Assembly: GCA_028709305.1 (NCBI GenBank)
Contig: JAQVXE010000003.1
Coordinates: 1 to 61,765 of the forward strand
DNA length: 61,765 nucleotides
Direction: 5' to 3'
DNA from: Bacillota bacterium
GTDB lineage: Bacteria; Bacillota; DTU025
Within the stretch, counting starts at the first letter, position 1; every line of letters begins with the position of its first letter. Position numbers and translations under genes: made by a program. Of the stretch, positions 9,311-18,580 are shown one piece after another. The notes under the pieces are model-generated. The model was not told the DNA's origin, did not search any database, and saw only the letters and a list, made by a program, of their open reading frames with translations.

Positions 9311-10507
9311 GTGAGCGTATTTCAGGATCGCATAGACTCCTTCAAGGAAACCTATGATGCCTTGAGAGATAATGACAGATACTACTATCTCCAGCAAATA
9401 GATGAACTGGACGGCGCCAATGTACACATAGGCGGTAGGCGAATGGTCATGTTCTCGTCCTACAGCTACCTTGGACTTCTTAAACATCCTAAGGTGCAAG
9501 AGCGTGCCAGGGAAGCCCTCGACCATTTCGGTTCAGGGACTCACGGCGTCAGGATTCTCGCCGGAACCACCACAGAGCATGTAAAATGCGAGGCTAAACT
9601 GGCTGACTTCCTCGGTCATGAGGATGCAATAGCTTACAGCTCGGGATATGTTGCAAACCTCACTACGATACAGACTCTTCTGGGAAGAAACGACGTAGTC
9701 ATCACCGATAAGCTGAGCCATGCAAGCATTATCGATGGCTGTCTCCTGTGCAACGCCACCTTTCAACGTTTCAGGCATAACGACATGGACGACCTCAGGC
9801 GCCTTCTTGAGGCTGGAAAGGACAAATACGACGGAAAGCTCGTGATTGTAGACGCAGTCTACAGCATGGATGGAGACGTTTGCCCCCTCCCGGAGCTCGT
9901 TGAAACATGCCGTGAATACGGCGCTTGGCTGATGGTTGACGAGGCCCACTCCCTGGGAGTGCTCGGCGAAACAGGCCATGGAATCATGGAGTATTTCAAC
10001 ATGGACCCCCACGACGTAGAGATGCTGAGCGGGGCTCTTTCCAAGACCCTGCCTGCAGCAGGCGGATTCGTTGCGGGCAAGCATGACCTGATAGAGTTTC
10101 TCCGCCACAGCGCCCGCGGATTTGTCTTCTCAGCAGCAATACCGCCGGCATCAGCTGCGGCAATCACGGCGGCGCTCGAAGTGATAGAGGAGGAACCAGA
10201 GCTTCTATCAGCAGTGCGCCGCAACATCAAACGATTCGTTGGCGGTCTCAACGCTTTGGGGTATGACACCCTCAACACCAAAAGCTGCGTCATACCGATC
10301 ATTATCGGGCAGGAAGAGCCGACGCTGGAACTCACAGCCAGGCTGCACAAGGACGGCATGTTCGTATCGCCCATTCTCCACCCGGCAGTACCCATGAACA
10401 CCTGCCGGTTGAGGGCTAATGTGACCGCCGCCCATACAGATCAGGATATAGACTTTGCCCTCGATCTTCTCGAGAAACATGGCAAGGACATGGGGCTCAT
10501 CAAATGA
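9311..10507 (+). CDS. PLP-dependent alpha-oxoamine synthase family (2-amino-3-ketobutyrate CoA ligase / 8-amino-7-oxononanoate synthase / serine palmitoyltransferase-like)
   Basis: 398 aa with SYSYLGL, GSGTHGVRILAGTT, DEAHSLGVLGETGHG, DAVYSMDGD and the PLP-lysine context GALSKTL. GTG start with a GGAGGG RBS. Confidence 0.85.
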   Translation: MSVFQDRIDSFKETYDALRDNDRYYYLQQIDELDGANVHIGGRRMVMFSSYSYLGLLKHPKVQERAREALDHFGSGTHGVRILAGTTTEHVKCEAKLADFLGHEDAIAYSSGYVANLTTIQTLLGRNDVVITDKLSHASIIDGCLLCNATFQRFRHNDMDDLRRLLEAGKDKYDGKLVIVDAVYSMDGDVCPLPELVETCREYGAWLMVDEAHSLGVLGETGHGIMEYFNMDPHDVEMLSGALSKTLPAAGGFVAGKHDLIEFLRHSARGFVFSAAIPPASAAAITAALEVIEEEPELLSAVRRNIKRFVGGLNALGYDTLNTKSCVIPIIIGQEEPTLELTARLHKDGMFVSPILHPAVPMNTCRLRANVTAAHTDQDIDFALDLLEKHGKDMGLIK

Positions 10508-11742
10508 AAGCAGTTCAGTTTGAGGGATCAGTGCCAAGATACGCCTACTCAATGATTCTGGGACCGCTGTCGCGAAAGGCATACTACGACAGCCTCTCGA
10601 ACATCGTATTCAGAGACGTAGCTCCCCCTGCCCTTCCCAATCAGGAATGGGTTAGGGTCAAAACCAAGTACGCCGGATTCTGCGGAAGCGACAAGAATCT
10701 AGTTCAGCTTCACGACTCGCCGGCCACATCGCCGTTTGCCTCATTCCCCTTTACGATCGGGCACGAGAATTGCGGATACCTCGCCGAAATGGGGGACATC
10801 GCCGCGGAGCGCCTGGCTTCAACTGTCTCTGCAGGCTCCCGCGTGCTCGTCGACCCATTGCTCTCTTGCATACAGCGGGGGATAGATCCTCTATGCCCCG
10901 CCTGCGCGCGAGGGGACTACTCCCTCTGCTACAATTTCACGGAAGGGACAGTCTCTCCAGGGTTCTCCATAGGTTCCTGCCGCGATACCGGCGGCGGGTG
11001 GAGCGAAGAGTTCGTTGTCCATTACACCCAGCTCATCCCGATTCCCGACAACGTATCCTCCGAGGACGCAGTCCTCGTGGACGCATTCTGCTCCTCCCTG
11101 CACCCCGTCATGCGGAACTTCCCAAAGGACGACTCAACAGTGTTGGTAATAGGCTGCGGAGTCATAGGCCTATCAGCCATCGCCGCCATTCGGGCCTTGG
11201 GCGGGAAGGCCCGCATCATAGCCCTGGCCAAGTACCCATTCCAGGGAGAAACAGCGAAGCAGTGCGGAGCAGACGAGGTAGTCTATATGAGCCCCTCGTC
11301 AGACTACTACAGCAGCCTCGCAAAAGCCCTCGACGCCAAGCTCCTCGACCCCATGCTGGGCAAGAGAGTCGTTGTAGGCGGCGCCGACATAGTCTACGAT
11401 TGCGTTGGAAGTTCAACCAGCATAGACGATGCCCTAAGATTCACCTTACCCCATGGGACAATGGTATTGGTGGGTCTAGCGGCTTTCCCCAAGGGGGTAG
11501 ACTGGACTCCCATATGGATGAAGGAAGTCCAGGTGAGAGGATCCTTCTGGTGCTCGACTGAGGAATTTGAAGGACGCAGGATGCGCACGTATGAAGTGGC
11601 GATGGAACTGCTCAAGACAGGCCGATTGCAGTTGGCCCATTTGCTCACGCACAAGTTTAGGCTCGAAGACTACAAAGAGGCGATCGAGGCCAACCTCAAC
11701 ATTGGCCGTACCGGCCTCATCAAATCGGCCTTCGAGTTTTAG
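10504..11742 (+). CDS. zinc-dependent medium-chain dehydrogenase (threonine-dehydrogenase-like, atypically long)
   Basis: 412 aa. Catalytic Zn ligands GFCGSD and GHENCG, a structural Zn Cys cluster (C-x8-C-x2-C-x7-C) and a Rossmann motif VIGCGVIGL are present. There is a 4-nt overlap with the upstream gene. Confidence 0.75.
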   Translation: MKAVQFEGSVPRYAYSMILGPLSRKAYYDSLSNIVFRDVAPPALPNQEWVRVKTKYAGFCGSDKNLVQLHDSPATSPFASFPFTIGHENCGYLAEMGDIAAERLASTVSAGSRVLVDPLLSCIQRGIDPLCPACARGDYSLCYNFTEGTVSPGFSIGSCRDTGGGWSEEFVVHYTQLIPIPDNVSSEDAVLVDAFCSSLHPVMRNFPKDDSTVLVIGCGVIGLSAIAAIRALGGKARIIALAKYPFQGETAKQCGADEVVYMSPSSDYYSSLAKALDAKLLDPMLGKRVVVGGADIVYDCVGSSTSIDDALRFTLPHGTMVLVGLAAFPKGVDWTPIWMKEVQVRGSFWCSTEEFEGRRMRTYEVAMELLKTGRLQLAHLLTHKFRLEDYKEAIEANLNIGRTGLIKSAFEF

Positions 11743-11804
11743 AAATCGTCCGGGCCAGCGTCCCAGTTTATAGTTGAACCGGATTTGGCTTTTGGTAGTA
11801 TGTA

Positions 11805-12163
11805 GGTGGAGGGCGGGAAGGGTCTGTCGGCGAACCTGGCTGACTTTTGGTCACATAGCGATCGCAAATGATCAATTTTTGAACAGCGGGTGACTAACAT
11901 TTAGACATTTCCCCGCCCACCAATCCAATATGTGGAATTATGCGCTTCGGTATAGTCATTTAGTGTATGGAACTGACTCGATAATCCATAGTATACCTGT
12001 TTATCCCTGCTAATGTTACCTCTAGGCCTCGAATGCCTGAAAGTTAGACAGGCGCTGTCCAAAAGTTAGCCACCCTCGCCCGAGAAGTGACCAAGTTTTG
12101 GACATCTCCCGCGAACGCAAGCCGGTGGATACTCTTTTGTGGTTGTTTTGCATGCATAAACCG
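11805..12163 (+). repeat. ~360-bp repeat element, copy L (inverted partner at 44370-44732)
   Basis: Aligns end to end with the reverse complement of 44370-44732. It contains a 17-19-bp motif (GTGACYAA..TTTTGGACA-like) repeated five times. It is intergenic between convergent genes, and its GC content is lower than that of the flanks. Confidence 0.8.
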
Positions 12164-12238
12164 GCCCCTCGGTAGCACGCCGATCTTGACTTCGTCGCGC
12201 TGGCCTTACAAGACTGAGCCAGTCAAAGGCAAAGCACA

Positions 12239-13195
12239 TCAACCGCGAAGTTGTACACTGGCCGCGCAACTGGCTACACGTTCAGTGTACATGTGGGCAA
12301 GTTTGCCGGTGATGGGGCCTGGCTCTCCCTCTCCCACTGAATGCCCATCTACATTGACTACGGGCATTATCTCTCCTACAGTGCTTGTTAGGAATACTTC
12401 GTCAGCCACCAAGAGCTCTTTGGCTGAAACCCGCCTTTCCTTTACTTCGTACCCAGCCTCATTCGCAAGTTCCAGTGCAATTCTGCGAGTAACTCCAGGC
12501 AAAATGTTCTGCTTCGGCGGAGTGGCAATTCGTCCGTCCTTTACCACAAACACGTTGGCACTGGCGCCTTCCGTAACCCACCCGGCAAACTCGTCGCCTG
12601 GGCTAACCGCTGCCAGTTCGCCTGGGGCATCACAGTATTCTTCTACACTGCCAGGCAGCGCCATGGTATCCAATCCTCTGAGCATCAAGCCTTCCCAAAC
12701 CCCATGCCTGTGGGCCTTCTCCTTGGCGAGGCAGTTCGATAGGAGGTTGACGGTCTTCAGGTGGCACCAGCCGTGCCGCATGTCAGGGCATGTAATGACA
12801 GACGTTCCAGCAGTGCGCGCATCCGCCGGGATGGGCCGCACAGGGGAAAGCGTGATGAAGACAGTCGGGAATTGGGAATCAGGAAAATAGTGGGTCCGAA
12901 CAGCCGGGCCCCTCGACAGCTGAATGTACATCTCGCCTTCCACTATCCCAGTCTCAGCCTGCAGTCGCCTGGCTCCCGACTCCAACGACTCTTGGGTCCA
13001 GTCATGCGTAACTCCGAGCGCCGCCGCGCCGGCAAGAAGACGCTCTACGTGCGTGCCAAGTTCAAACAGGCTTCCCGAGTAGCATCGAATAACCTCGTAG
13101 AGCCCATCCCCGAAGAGATTCGCTCTGTCGAGCACACTCACATTCGCTGCGTCTACCTCTACAATCCTTCCGTCAAGGAAGACCAATTGCGACAT
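12239..13195 (-). CDS. class IV aminotransferase (D-amino-acid / branched-chain aminotransferase family)
   Basis: 318 aa with VSVLDRANLFGDGLYEVIR, HVERLLAGAAALGV, a catalytic-Lys context (HLKTVNLLSNCLAKEKA) and TSTVGEIMPVVNVDG. Confidence 0.8.
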   Translation of the reverse strand: MSQLVFLDGRIVEVDAANVSVLDRANLFGDGLYEVIRCYSGSLFELGTHVERLLAGAAALGVTHDWTQESLESGARRLQAETGIVEGEMYIQLSRGPAVRTHYFPDSQFPTVFITLSPVRPIPADARTAGTSVITCPDMRHGWCHLKTVNLLSNCLAKEKAHRHGVWEGLMLRGLDTMALPGSVEEYCDAPGELAAVSPGDEFAGWVTEGASANVFVVKDGRIATPPKQNILPGVTRRIALELANEAGYEVKERRVSAKELLVADEVFLTSTVGEIMPVVNVDGHSVGEGEPGPITGKLAHMYTERVASCAASVQLRG

Positions 13196-13357
13196 CCCTT
13201 CTTCACCTCCGTACTACAGCAATTTTCGCCATGCACTATCCCCCATCCTTCAACCACACGATGCTCCAGCACCGCCCTGAAGTCAATTTGCAGCGAAGAT
13301 GCTATACTATGGTGTAAGCGTGTTAAGTGAACGCAACCAAATCGGTCTGAGAGGAGG

Positions 13358-14740
13358 ATGGACAAGATGATCAGAATCCCACACACAAAGAACGGCGCTA
13401 GAGTGGGGATAACCGACACCACATTCCGTGACGCCCACCAGTCCCTTTTCGCCACTCGAATGCGCACCGAGCATATGTTGGAGCTTGCAGCCTATTTGGA
13501 TCGTGTGGGCTTTTACTCCATGGAAGTTTGGGGGGGCGCAACGTTCGATACGTGCCTGCGCTATCTCGGCGAAGACCCCTGGGAAAGGCTGCGCCTTCTG
13601 AGGCAGGTACTTGTGAATACGCCCATGCAAATGCTGCTCCGCGGCCAGAACCTAGTGGGGTACAAGCCTTACCCCGACGATGTAGTCGATGCATTCGTAA
13701 ATAGAATGGTCGAGCTAGGCATTGACATAGTAAGGATATTCGACGCCCTGAACGATGTGAGAAACATCGAACGGGCGGCACTCGCCGTGAAGAACGCAGG
13801 CGCACATTTCCAGGGGACCATATCCTACACAGTCAGCCCCGTGCATACCATCGACGGGTACGTCAAGTATGCCCAACAGCTCAGAGATATTGGCGCCGAC
13901 TCGATATGCGTGAAGGACATGGCAGGAATCCTCGCGCCTTACGCTGCCGAAGAGCTTGTAAGGAAGCTTGTTGCAGAAGTGGGCCTGCCGATCCAGGTTC
14001 ATTGCCACTATACATCCGGAATGGCCTCAATGACATACATCAAGGCAATCGAAGCAGGAGCAACCGTAGTGGACTGCTCCACTTCCACCGTTGCGCTAGG
14101 CTCATCACAGCCTCCGTCAGAGTCGCTGATAGTTGCTCTAGCCGGTTCAGATCACGACACCAAGCTCGACGCAAGGCAAATCAGGCCAGCTTCTGCGATT
14201 CTCAGAGGGATCATAGAGAATACACCTGAGTACAGTGATCTGATTGCCCCAGTGCGGGTAAATACGGATGTTCTTATTTACCAGATACCCGGCGGCATGA
14301 TTTCCAATCTTAGGGCCCAGCTCAAGCAGATGAACGCCGAGAACAGGATCGAAGAGATCCTTGCGGAGGTCCCGAAAGTCAGGGAGGAAATGGGCTTTCC
14401 GCCTCTGGTCACACCAATGAGCCAAATAGTTGGCACACAGGCCACATTCAACGTAATCCAGGGAGAACGATACAAGACAATCTCCAATGAAGTTCGGGCG
14501 TACATACGAGGCGAGTATGGAACGCCTCCCGGAAAGATAGATCCTGAACTGAAGCAGAATGCTATAGGCGATGAGACGCCCACTACTCGTCGACCCGGAG
14601 ACGGCCTGGAGCCTGGAATGCCCGCTGCCCGGGAAGGGGTTAGGGAGTTTGGAGCGACGGAGGAGGAAGCCATCTCATACGCCCTGTTCCCCAACGAGAC
14701 GAAGAAGTATCTTGCTTCAAAGGCGTCCAAGGAGTCGTAG
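13358..14740 (+). CDS. carboxyltransferase (oxaloacetate decarboxylase alpha / pyruvate carboxylase B / transcarboxylase 5S family) without a biotinyl domain
   Basis: 460 aa with ITDTTFRDAHQSL, MEVWGGATFD, VKDMAGIL and HCHYTSGMA. There is no AMKM biotin motif at the C-terminus. An alternative ATG at 13367 has better RBS spacing. Confidence 0.8.
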   Translation: MDKMIRIPHTKNGARVGITDTTFRDAHQSLFATRMRTEHMLELAAYLDRVGFYSMEVWGGATFDTCLRYLGEDPWERLRLLRQVLVNTPMQMLLRGQNLVGYKPYPDDVVDAFVNRMVELGIDIVRIFDALNDVRNIERAALAVKNAGAHFQGTISYTVSPVHTIDGYVKYAQQLRDIGADSICVKDMAGILAPYAAEELVRKLVAEVGLPIQVHCHYTSGMASMTYIKAIEAGATVVDCSTSTVALGSSQPPSESLIVALAGSDHDTKLDARQIRPASAILRGIIENTPEYSDLIAPVRVNTDVLIYQIPGGMISNLRAQLKQMNAENRIEEILAEVPKVREEMGFPPLVTPMSQIVGTQATFNVIQGERYKTISNEVRAYIRGEYGTPPGKIDPELKQNAIGDETPTTRRPGDGLEPGMPAAREGVREFGATEEEAISYALFPNETKKYLASKASKES

Positions 14741-14844
14741 CAGAAGACTCATAGGATCCTCCGGTCGTGCCAGGGTCACGCATCACATGGATAGTGTTGA
14801 CAGACCCTGGCAAGCCTCTCCTATGAGCTCGACTCGGCTTTCCC

Positions 14845-15426
14845 TCAAGCCTGATCAGGGCGGCCTGTTGCCGTTATTCCCCTCAGCATGATGCGTTTCA
14901 GTTCCCGGGCCATCCCAGGATTCCAAGATGAGTCGCCCCCCCTCGATATGGCTGCTGTGGCCATACTGCCCAGTATGTACTGGGTTACAGTATCAAGCTC
15001 CACATCCTGTATTACACCGGCATCTTGCCCTTCCTTAACCACCCGTGCTATGAGAGTCGCCAGCTGATGCCAGGACTCAGATATCTCTTCCAGCCACTCC
15101 CTCCCAGGAGCCAACGCCTCCTTAAACAGCAGGTACACAAAATCACTCGAATTCCTCTGGCGTTCGATCAGAGCATCAAATATGTAGCCTATTCGTTCAA
15201 TTGGGTCTCCTATGCTGGCAACGGCAGCCTTTGCCTCATCGATAAGCTCCCTCAGGCCTTCTGTTATCGATGCCACAAACAGCTGTCGCTTGCCCTTGAA
15301 ATGATAGTATATGGTGCCCTTTGCCACTCCTGTCGCTTCAGCTATCTCCTGTACCGATGTTGCATCATAACCCTTTTCCGCAAATACGCGCACGGCCTTG
15401 CGGCAGATAAGGCTTCTTGTGTCCAT
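14845..15426 (-). CDS. TetR/AcrR family transcriptional regulator
   Basis: The N-terminal HTH is AVRVFAEKGYDATSVQEIAEATGVAKGTIYYHFKGK. The gene is downstream of the MMPL gene on the same strand. Confidence 0.9.
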   Translation of the reverse strand: MDTRSLICRKAVRVFAEKGYDATSVQEIAEATGVAKGTIYYHFKGKRQLFVASITEGLRELIDEAKAAVASIGDPIERIGYIFDALIERQRNSSDFVYLLFKEALAPGREWLEEISESWHQLATLIARVVKEGQDAGVIQDVELDTVTQYILGSMATAAISRGGDSSWNPGMARELKRIMLRGITATGRPDQA

Positions 15427-15500
15427 TTATGCGTATTCTCCTTCCAAATGTGGCCTGCACCCGCCGTGTCGCTCAGCGCCTGCAGACAGCCTGCATCATC

Positions 15501-17576
15501 CTAGGCCTGCCCATTGCTGCGCCCTGCTGGCCATCCCACAGATGTTCTCGCCAGAATCGGGTGGAGTATTAGCAGAACAGGCGGGAGTAACACGGCAGCG
15601 ACGCCCATGCTTATCAGGGCCCCCCTGGCCAGCAATACGCCGAGCTCCTTGACTGCCCGCAGCGTAGTTGCAGAGTATACTCCCATAATCGCGGCGAACA
15701 GCGCAAGTCCGCTGTTGAGAATCGCCGGGCCGCATTCGATCATCGTCTGTCGCATGCCCTCCTGGGGTTCGCATTTACTCAGCTTTTCTCGAAAGGTGCT
15801 CGCTACAAGAATAGCATAGTCCACTGTAGCACCTAATTGAATCGCCCCTATGGCAAGACCTGAGAAGAAGAAGAGCGGCTGATCCAAGAGCCATGATATG
15901 GCCTGATTGGCCCATATGGCGCTCATTATGGCAGCCACGAGCGCAAGTGATACGGTTGCTGAACGGAATGCGATCATAACTATGATGAAAATCGCGACCA
16001 CTGAGACTGCGTTGACCACGATCATGTCCCGGTCGGTGAGGCGCCTAAGATCGCTGCCTATCACAGGATTGCCAGTGAAATACCACTCGGTATCCAGCCC
16101 TTCCAGGGCATCCCTCACATCCGCCATGAACGCCTCCGTGACGGCTTCGGTGCCTGACCCTTCAAGGCTGATTATGATGTTGCTGTAGTTGCCTCCTACA
16201 TACCTCTTTCTCACTTCCTCAGGCACAAACTCCAGAGGAATTGCCGGATCCACTACGTCTGCCAAGCATTCAGCACTGATTACTCCCTCCATCTGCCCGA
16301 GCTCCGCACTGATCTGCTGTTGTCGCCAACCTGGCACATCCCTGAGGACGACATAAGCCTCCTGCATGCTCCCAAGCTCTTCGCTGAATTCATCCAAGGC
16401 AACGATTGAAGGTATGTCCCGGGGATAGGTAGCCTCAAGATCATAACTGAGCTCAACCTTTGAGTATCCGTAGTAACCCATTGCCATGATCGCAGCAGCC
16501 AGGGCAAACACGGGAACCCTCCGTCGGATCGCCCAGCCCGCAACCGCGTCAAACTTGGGCAAGATGGATTTGTGAGCAAGCTTCTCGATTGTTTCCTGAA
16601 AGACCAGCACCAGACTGGGAAGAATCGTCAGAGTGGCGATGACCGACAGGATTACGCCTCGCGCCATCAAAAACCCCATGTCAGCGCCTAGCCTCACCCG
16701 CATAAGCGCCAACGCCGCAAATCCTGTGGCGGTAGTAACAGCACTGGCAAGAACCGCCGTTGCAGTGCTGGCAATCGCTGTCTCCATCGCAGTCTCTGCG
16801 TCATGCTTCTCCCGTTCCGCCTGGAAGCTGTGTATGAGGAAGATGCAGTAGTCCATGGTCACACCGAGCTGCAGAGCAGCAGCGCAAGAGTTAGTTATGT
16901 ATGATACGCGCTGGCCGAGGATATACGACAACCCCATGTTGTAAGCATAGGCCGCCCCGATCGTCACCATGAATATGAAGGGCATAGCCGCGGACGGCAG
17001 CGTGACCAGAAGAACAAGGAAGAGGAGGATGACTGCCGCGCGAATCATGTCAGGCGTCTGACTCATTCCCAGGTCCTTCATTTCAACTCCACTCACAACC
17101 TGGCCTATCAGATACTGATTGCTCTCTAGAAGCTCCTTTATGTCCGCTATGGTCCGCTCGGCTTCAGGCGAAATGCCGCCCTGAGAGAGATGGACCAACA
17201 AGAATGTGATATCGCCCCTATAGAATTGGGATATCAGTTCATCCCCAAGGTAGTCATGGGGGATTGCCGGATCTGCAAGATCCGAAATCCAGAAGACAGA
17301 TGATACACCGTCAACTTGCTCAATATCCTCCTTGAGCTTAAGAATCTTCCAATCAGGCTGATCCCGGACCACCACTATCGCGCGGTCGGCATAGTGGAAC
17401 TCTTGGTCGAGGATCTCCATTCCCTTGATCGAATTGAGGTCGCCTGGAAGGTACGACATTAGGTCATACTCTATCCAGGCATTGAGCATGCCGTACACTG
17501 ATGGTATCAGCAATGCCAAAGCTATTGCCAAAACTACGCGTCTATTCTTCACGATAATATGAGGCAATCGGTGCAT
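15501..17576 (-). CDS. MMPL/RND-superfamily membrane transporter
   Basis: 691 aa. The architecture is duplicated (TM, extracytoplasmic loop, then a 5-TM bundle, twice), which is typical of MMPL-domain exporters. Confidence 0.75.
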   Translation of the reverse strand: MHRLPHIIVKNRRVVLAIALALLIPSVYGMLNAWIEYDLMSYLPGDLNSIKGMEILDQEFHYADRAIVVVRDQPDWKILKLKEDIEQVDGVSSVFWISDLADPAIPHDYLGDELISQFYRGDITFLLVHLSQGGISPEAERTIADIKELLESNQYLIGQVVSGVEMKDLGMSQTPDMIRAAVILLFLVLLVTLPSAAMPFIFMVTIGAAYAYNMGLSYILGQRVSYITNSCAAALQLGVTMDYCIFLIHSFQAEREKHDAETAMETAIASTATAVLASAVTTATGFAALALMRVRLGADMGFLMARGVILSVIATLTILPSLVLVFQETIEKLAHKSILPKFDAVAGWAIRRRVPVFALAAAIMAMGYYGYSKVELSYDLEATYPRDIPSIVALDEFSEELGSMQEAYVVLRDVPGWRQQQISAELGQMEGVISAECLADVVDPAIPLEFVPEEVRKRYVGGNYSNIIISLEGSGTEAVTEAFMADVRDALEGLDTEWYFTGNPVIGSDLRRLTDRDMIVVNAVSVVAIFIIVMIAFRSATVSLALVAAIMSAIWANQAISWLLDQPLFFFSGLAIGAIQLGATVDYAILVASTFREKLSKCEPQEGMRQTMIECGPAILNSGLALFAAIMGVYSATTLRAVKELGVLLARGALISMGVAAVLLPPVLLILHPILARTSVGWPAGRSNGQA

Positions 17577-17601
17577 GACACATCTCCGTTCATAAGAGGC
17601 C

Positions 17602-17623
17602 TTGTACTGACCGGTCAGTACAA
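17602..17623. promoter_or_regulatory. 22-bp perfect palindrome, probable TetR operator at the MMPL promoter
   Basis: TTGTACTGACC|GGTCAGTACAA lies 26 nt upstream of the MMPL start. On the minus strand it is just downstream of TTGACA (17656-17651), a 17-nt spacer and TACCAT. Confidence 0.55.
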
Positions 17624-17679
17624 TAATATGGTAGCTGTACGCCCTCGAGCTGTCAAGAATACTCCAAACCGAAAAGCTG

Positions 17680-17708
17680 TTGACTTCGACGCTCTGTTGC
17701 CTTAGAAT
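17680..17708 (+). promoter_or_regulatory. pyr operon promoter
   Basis: TTGACT (17680-17685), a 17-nt spacer and TAGAAT (17703-17708). Confidence 0.6.
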
Positions 17709-17728
17709 CAGATTCGACCGAGCACAAC

Positions 17729-17816
17729 CTTTAAGAGTAGCCCCGTGAGGCTAACAAGGATCGGTGCGGGTATGCTGCGCCTGCCTGGCCTCACGGCTAG
17801 CGCAGGTTCTTTTTAT
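17729..17816 (+). promoter_or_regulatory. PyrR-binding loop plus terminator (pyr attenuator 1)
   Basis: UUUAAGAGUAGCCCCGUGAGGCUAACAAGGAU resembles the Bacillus PyrR binding loop (..AGUCCAGAGAGGCU..AAGGAU). It is followed by the hairpin CTGCGCCTGCC/GGCTAGCGCAG and GTTCTTTTT. Confidence 0.7.
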
Positions 17817-17847
17817 GCCCATATGTACCCATAGTCAAGGAGGGTAG

Positions 17848-18399
<552 letters not shown>

Positions 18400-18418
18400 A
18401 TCTTGCCAACATAACAGT

Positions 18419-18512
18419 CCCTTTAAACTAGTCCAGTGAGGCTGGCAAGGGAAATTGCGGCAGCTTGGTGCCTATAGGCCTTCCCTACAGCTTACTGCGG
18501 GGAAGGTTTCTT
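18419..18512 (+). promoter_or_regulatory. PyrR-binding loop plus terminator (pyr attenuator 2)
   Basis: CUUUAAACUAGUCCAGUGAGGCUGGCAAGGGAAA is followed by the hairpin CCTTCCC/GGGGAAGG and TTTCTT, between pyrR and pyrB. Confidence 0.7.
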
Positions 18513-18580
18513 GCAGATCAATGCTGCTGCACAGCCCTGCCCTCGCAAGGATAGTCGCGGGGCGCAAAGGGGGCGCAACA

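Noticed and set aside
11859-11866. GCGATCGC (the cyanobacterial HIP1 palindrome) present in both 360-bp copies (also at 44669-44676)
   Set aside because: There is a single occurrence per copy, and the rest of the window shows no HIP1 enrichment or cyanobacterial gene content. It is a coincidental 8-mer conserved as part of the repeat.
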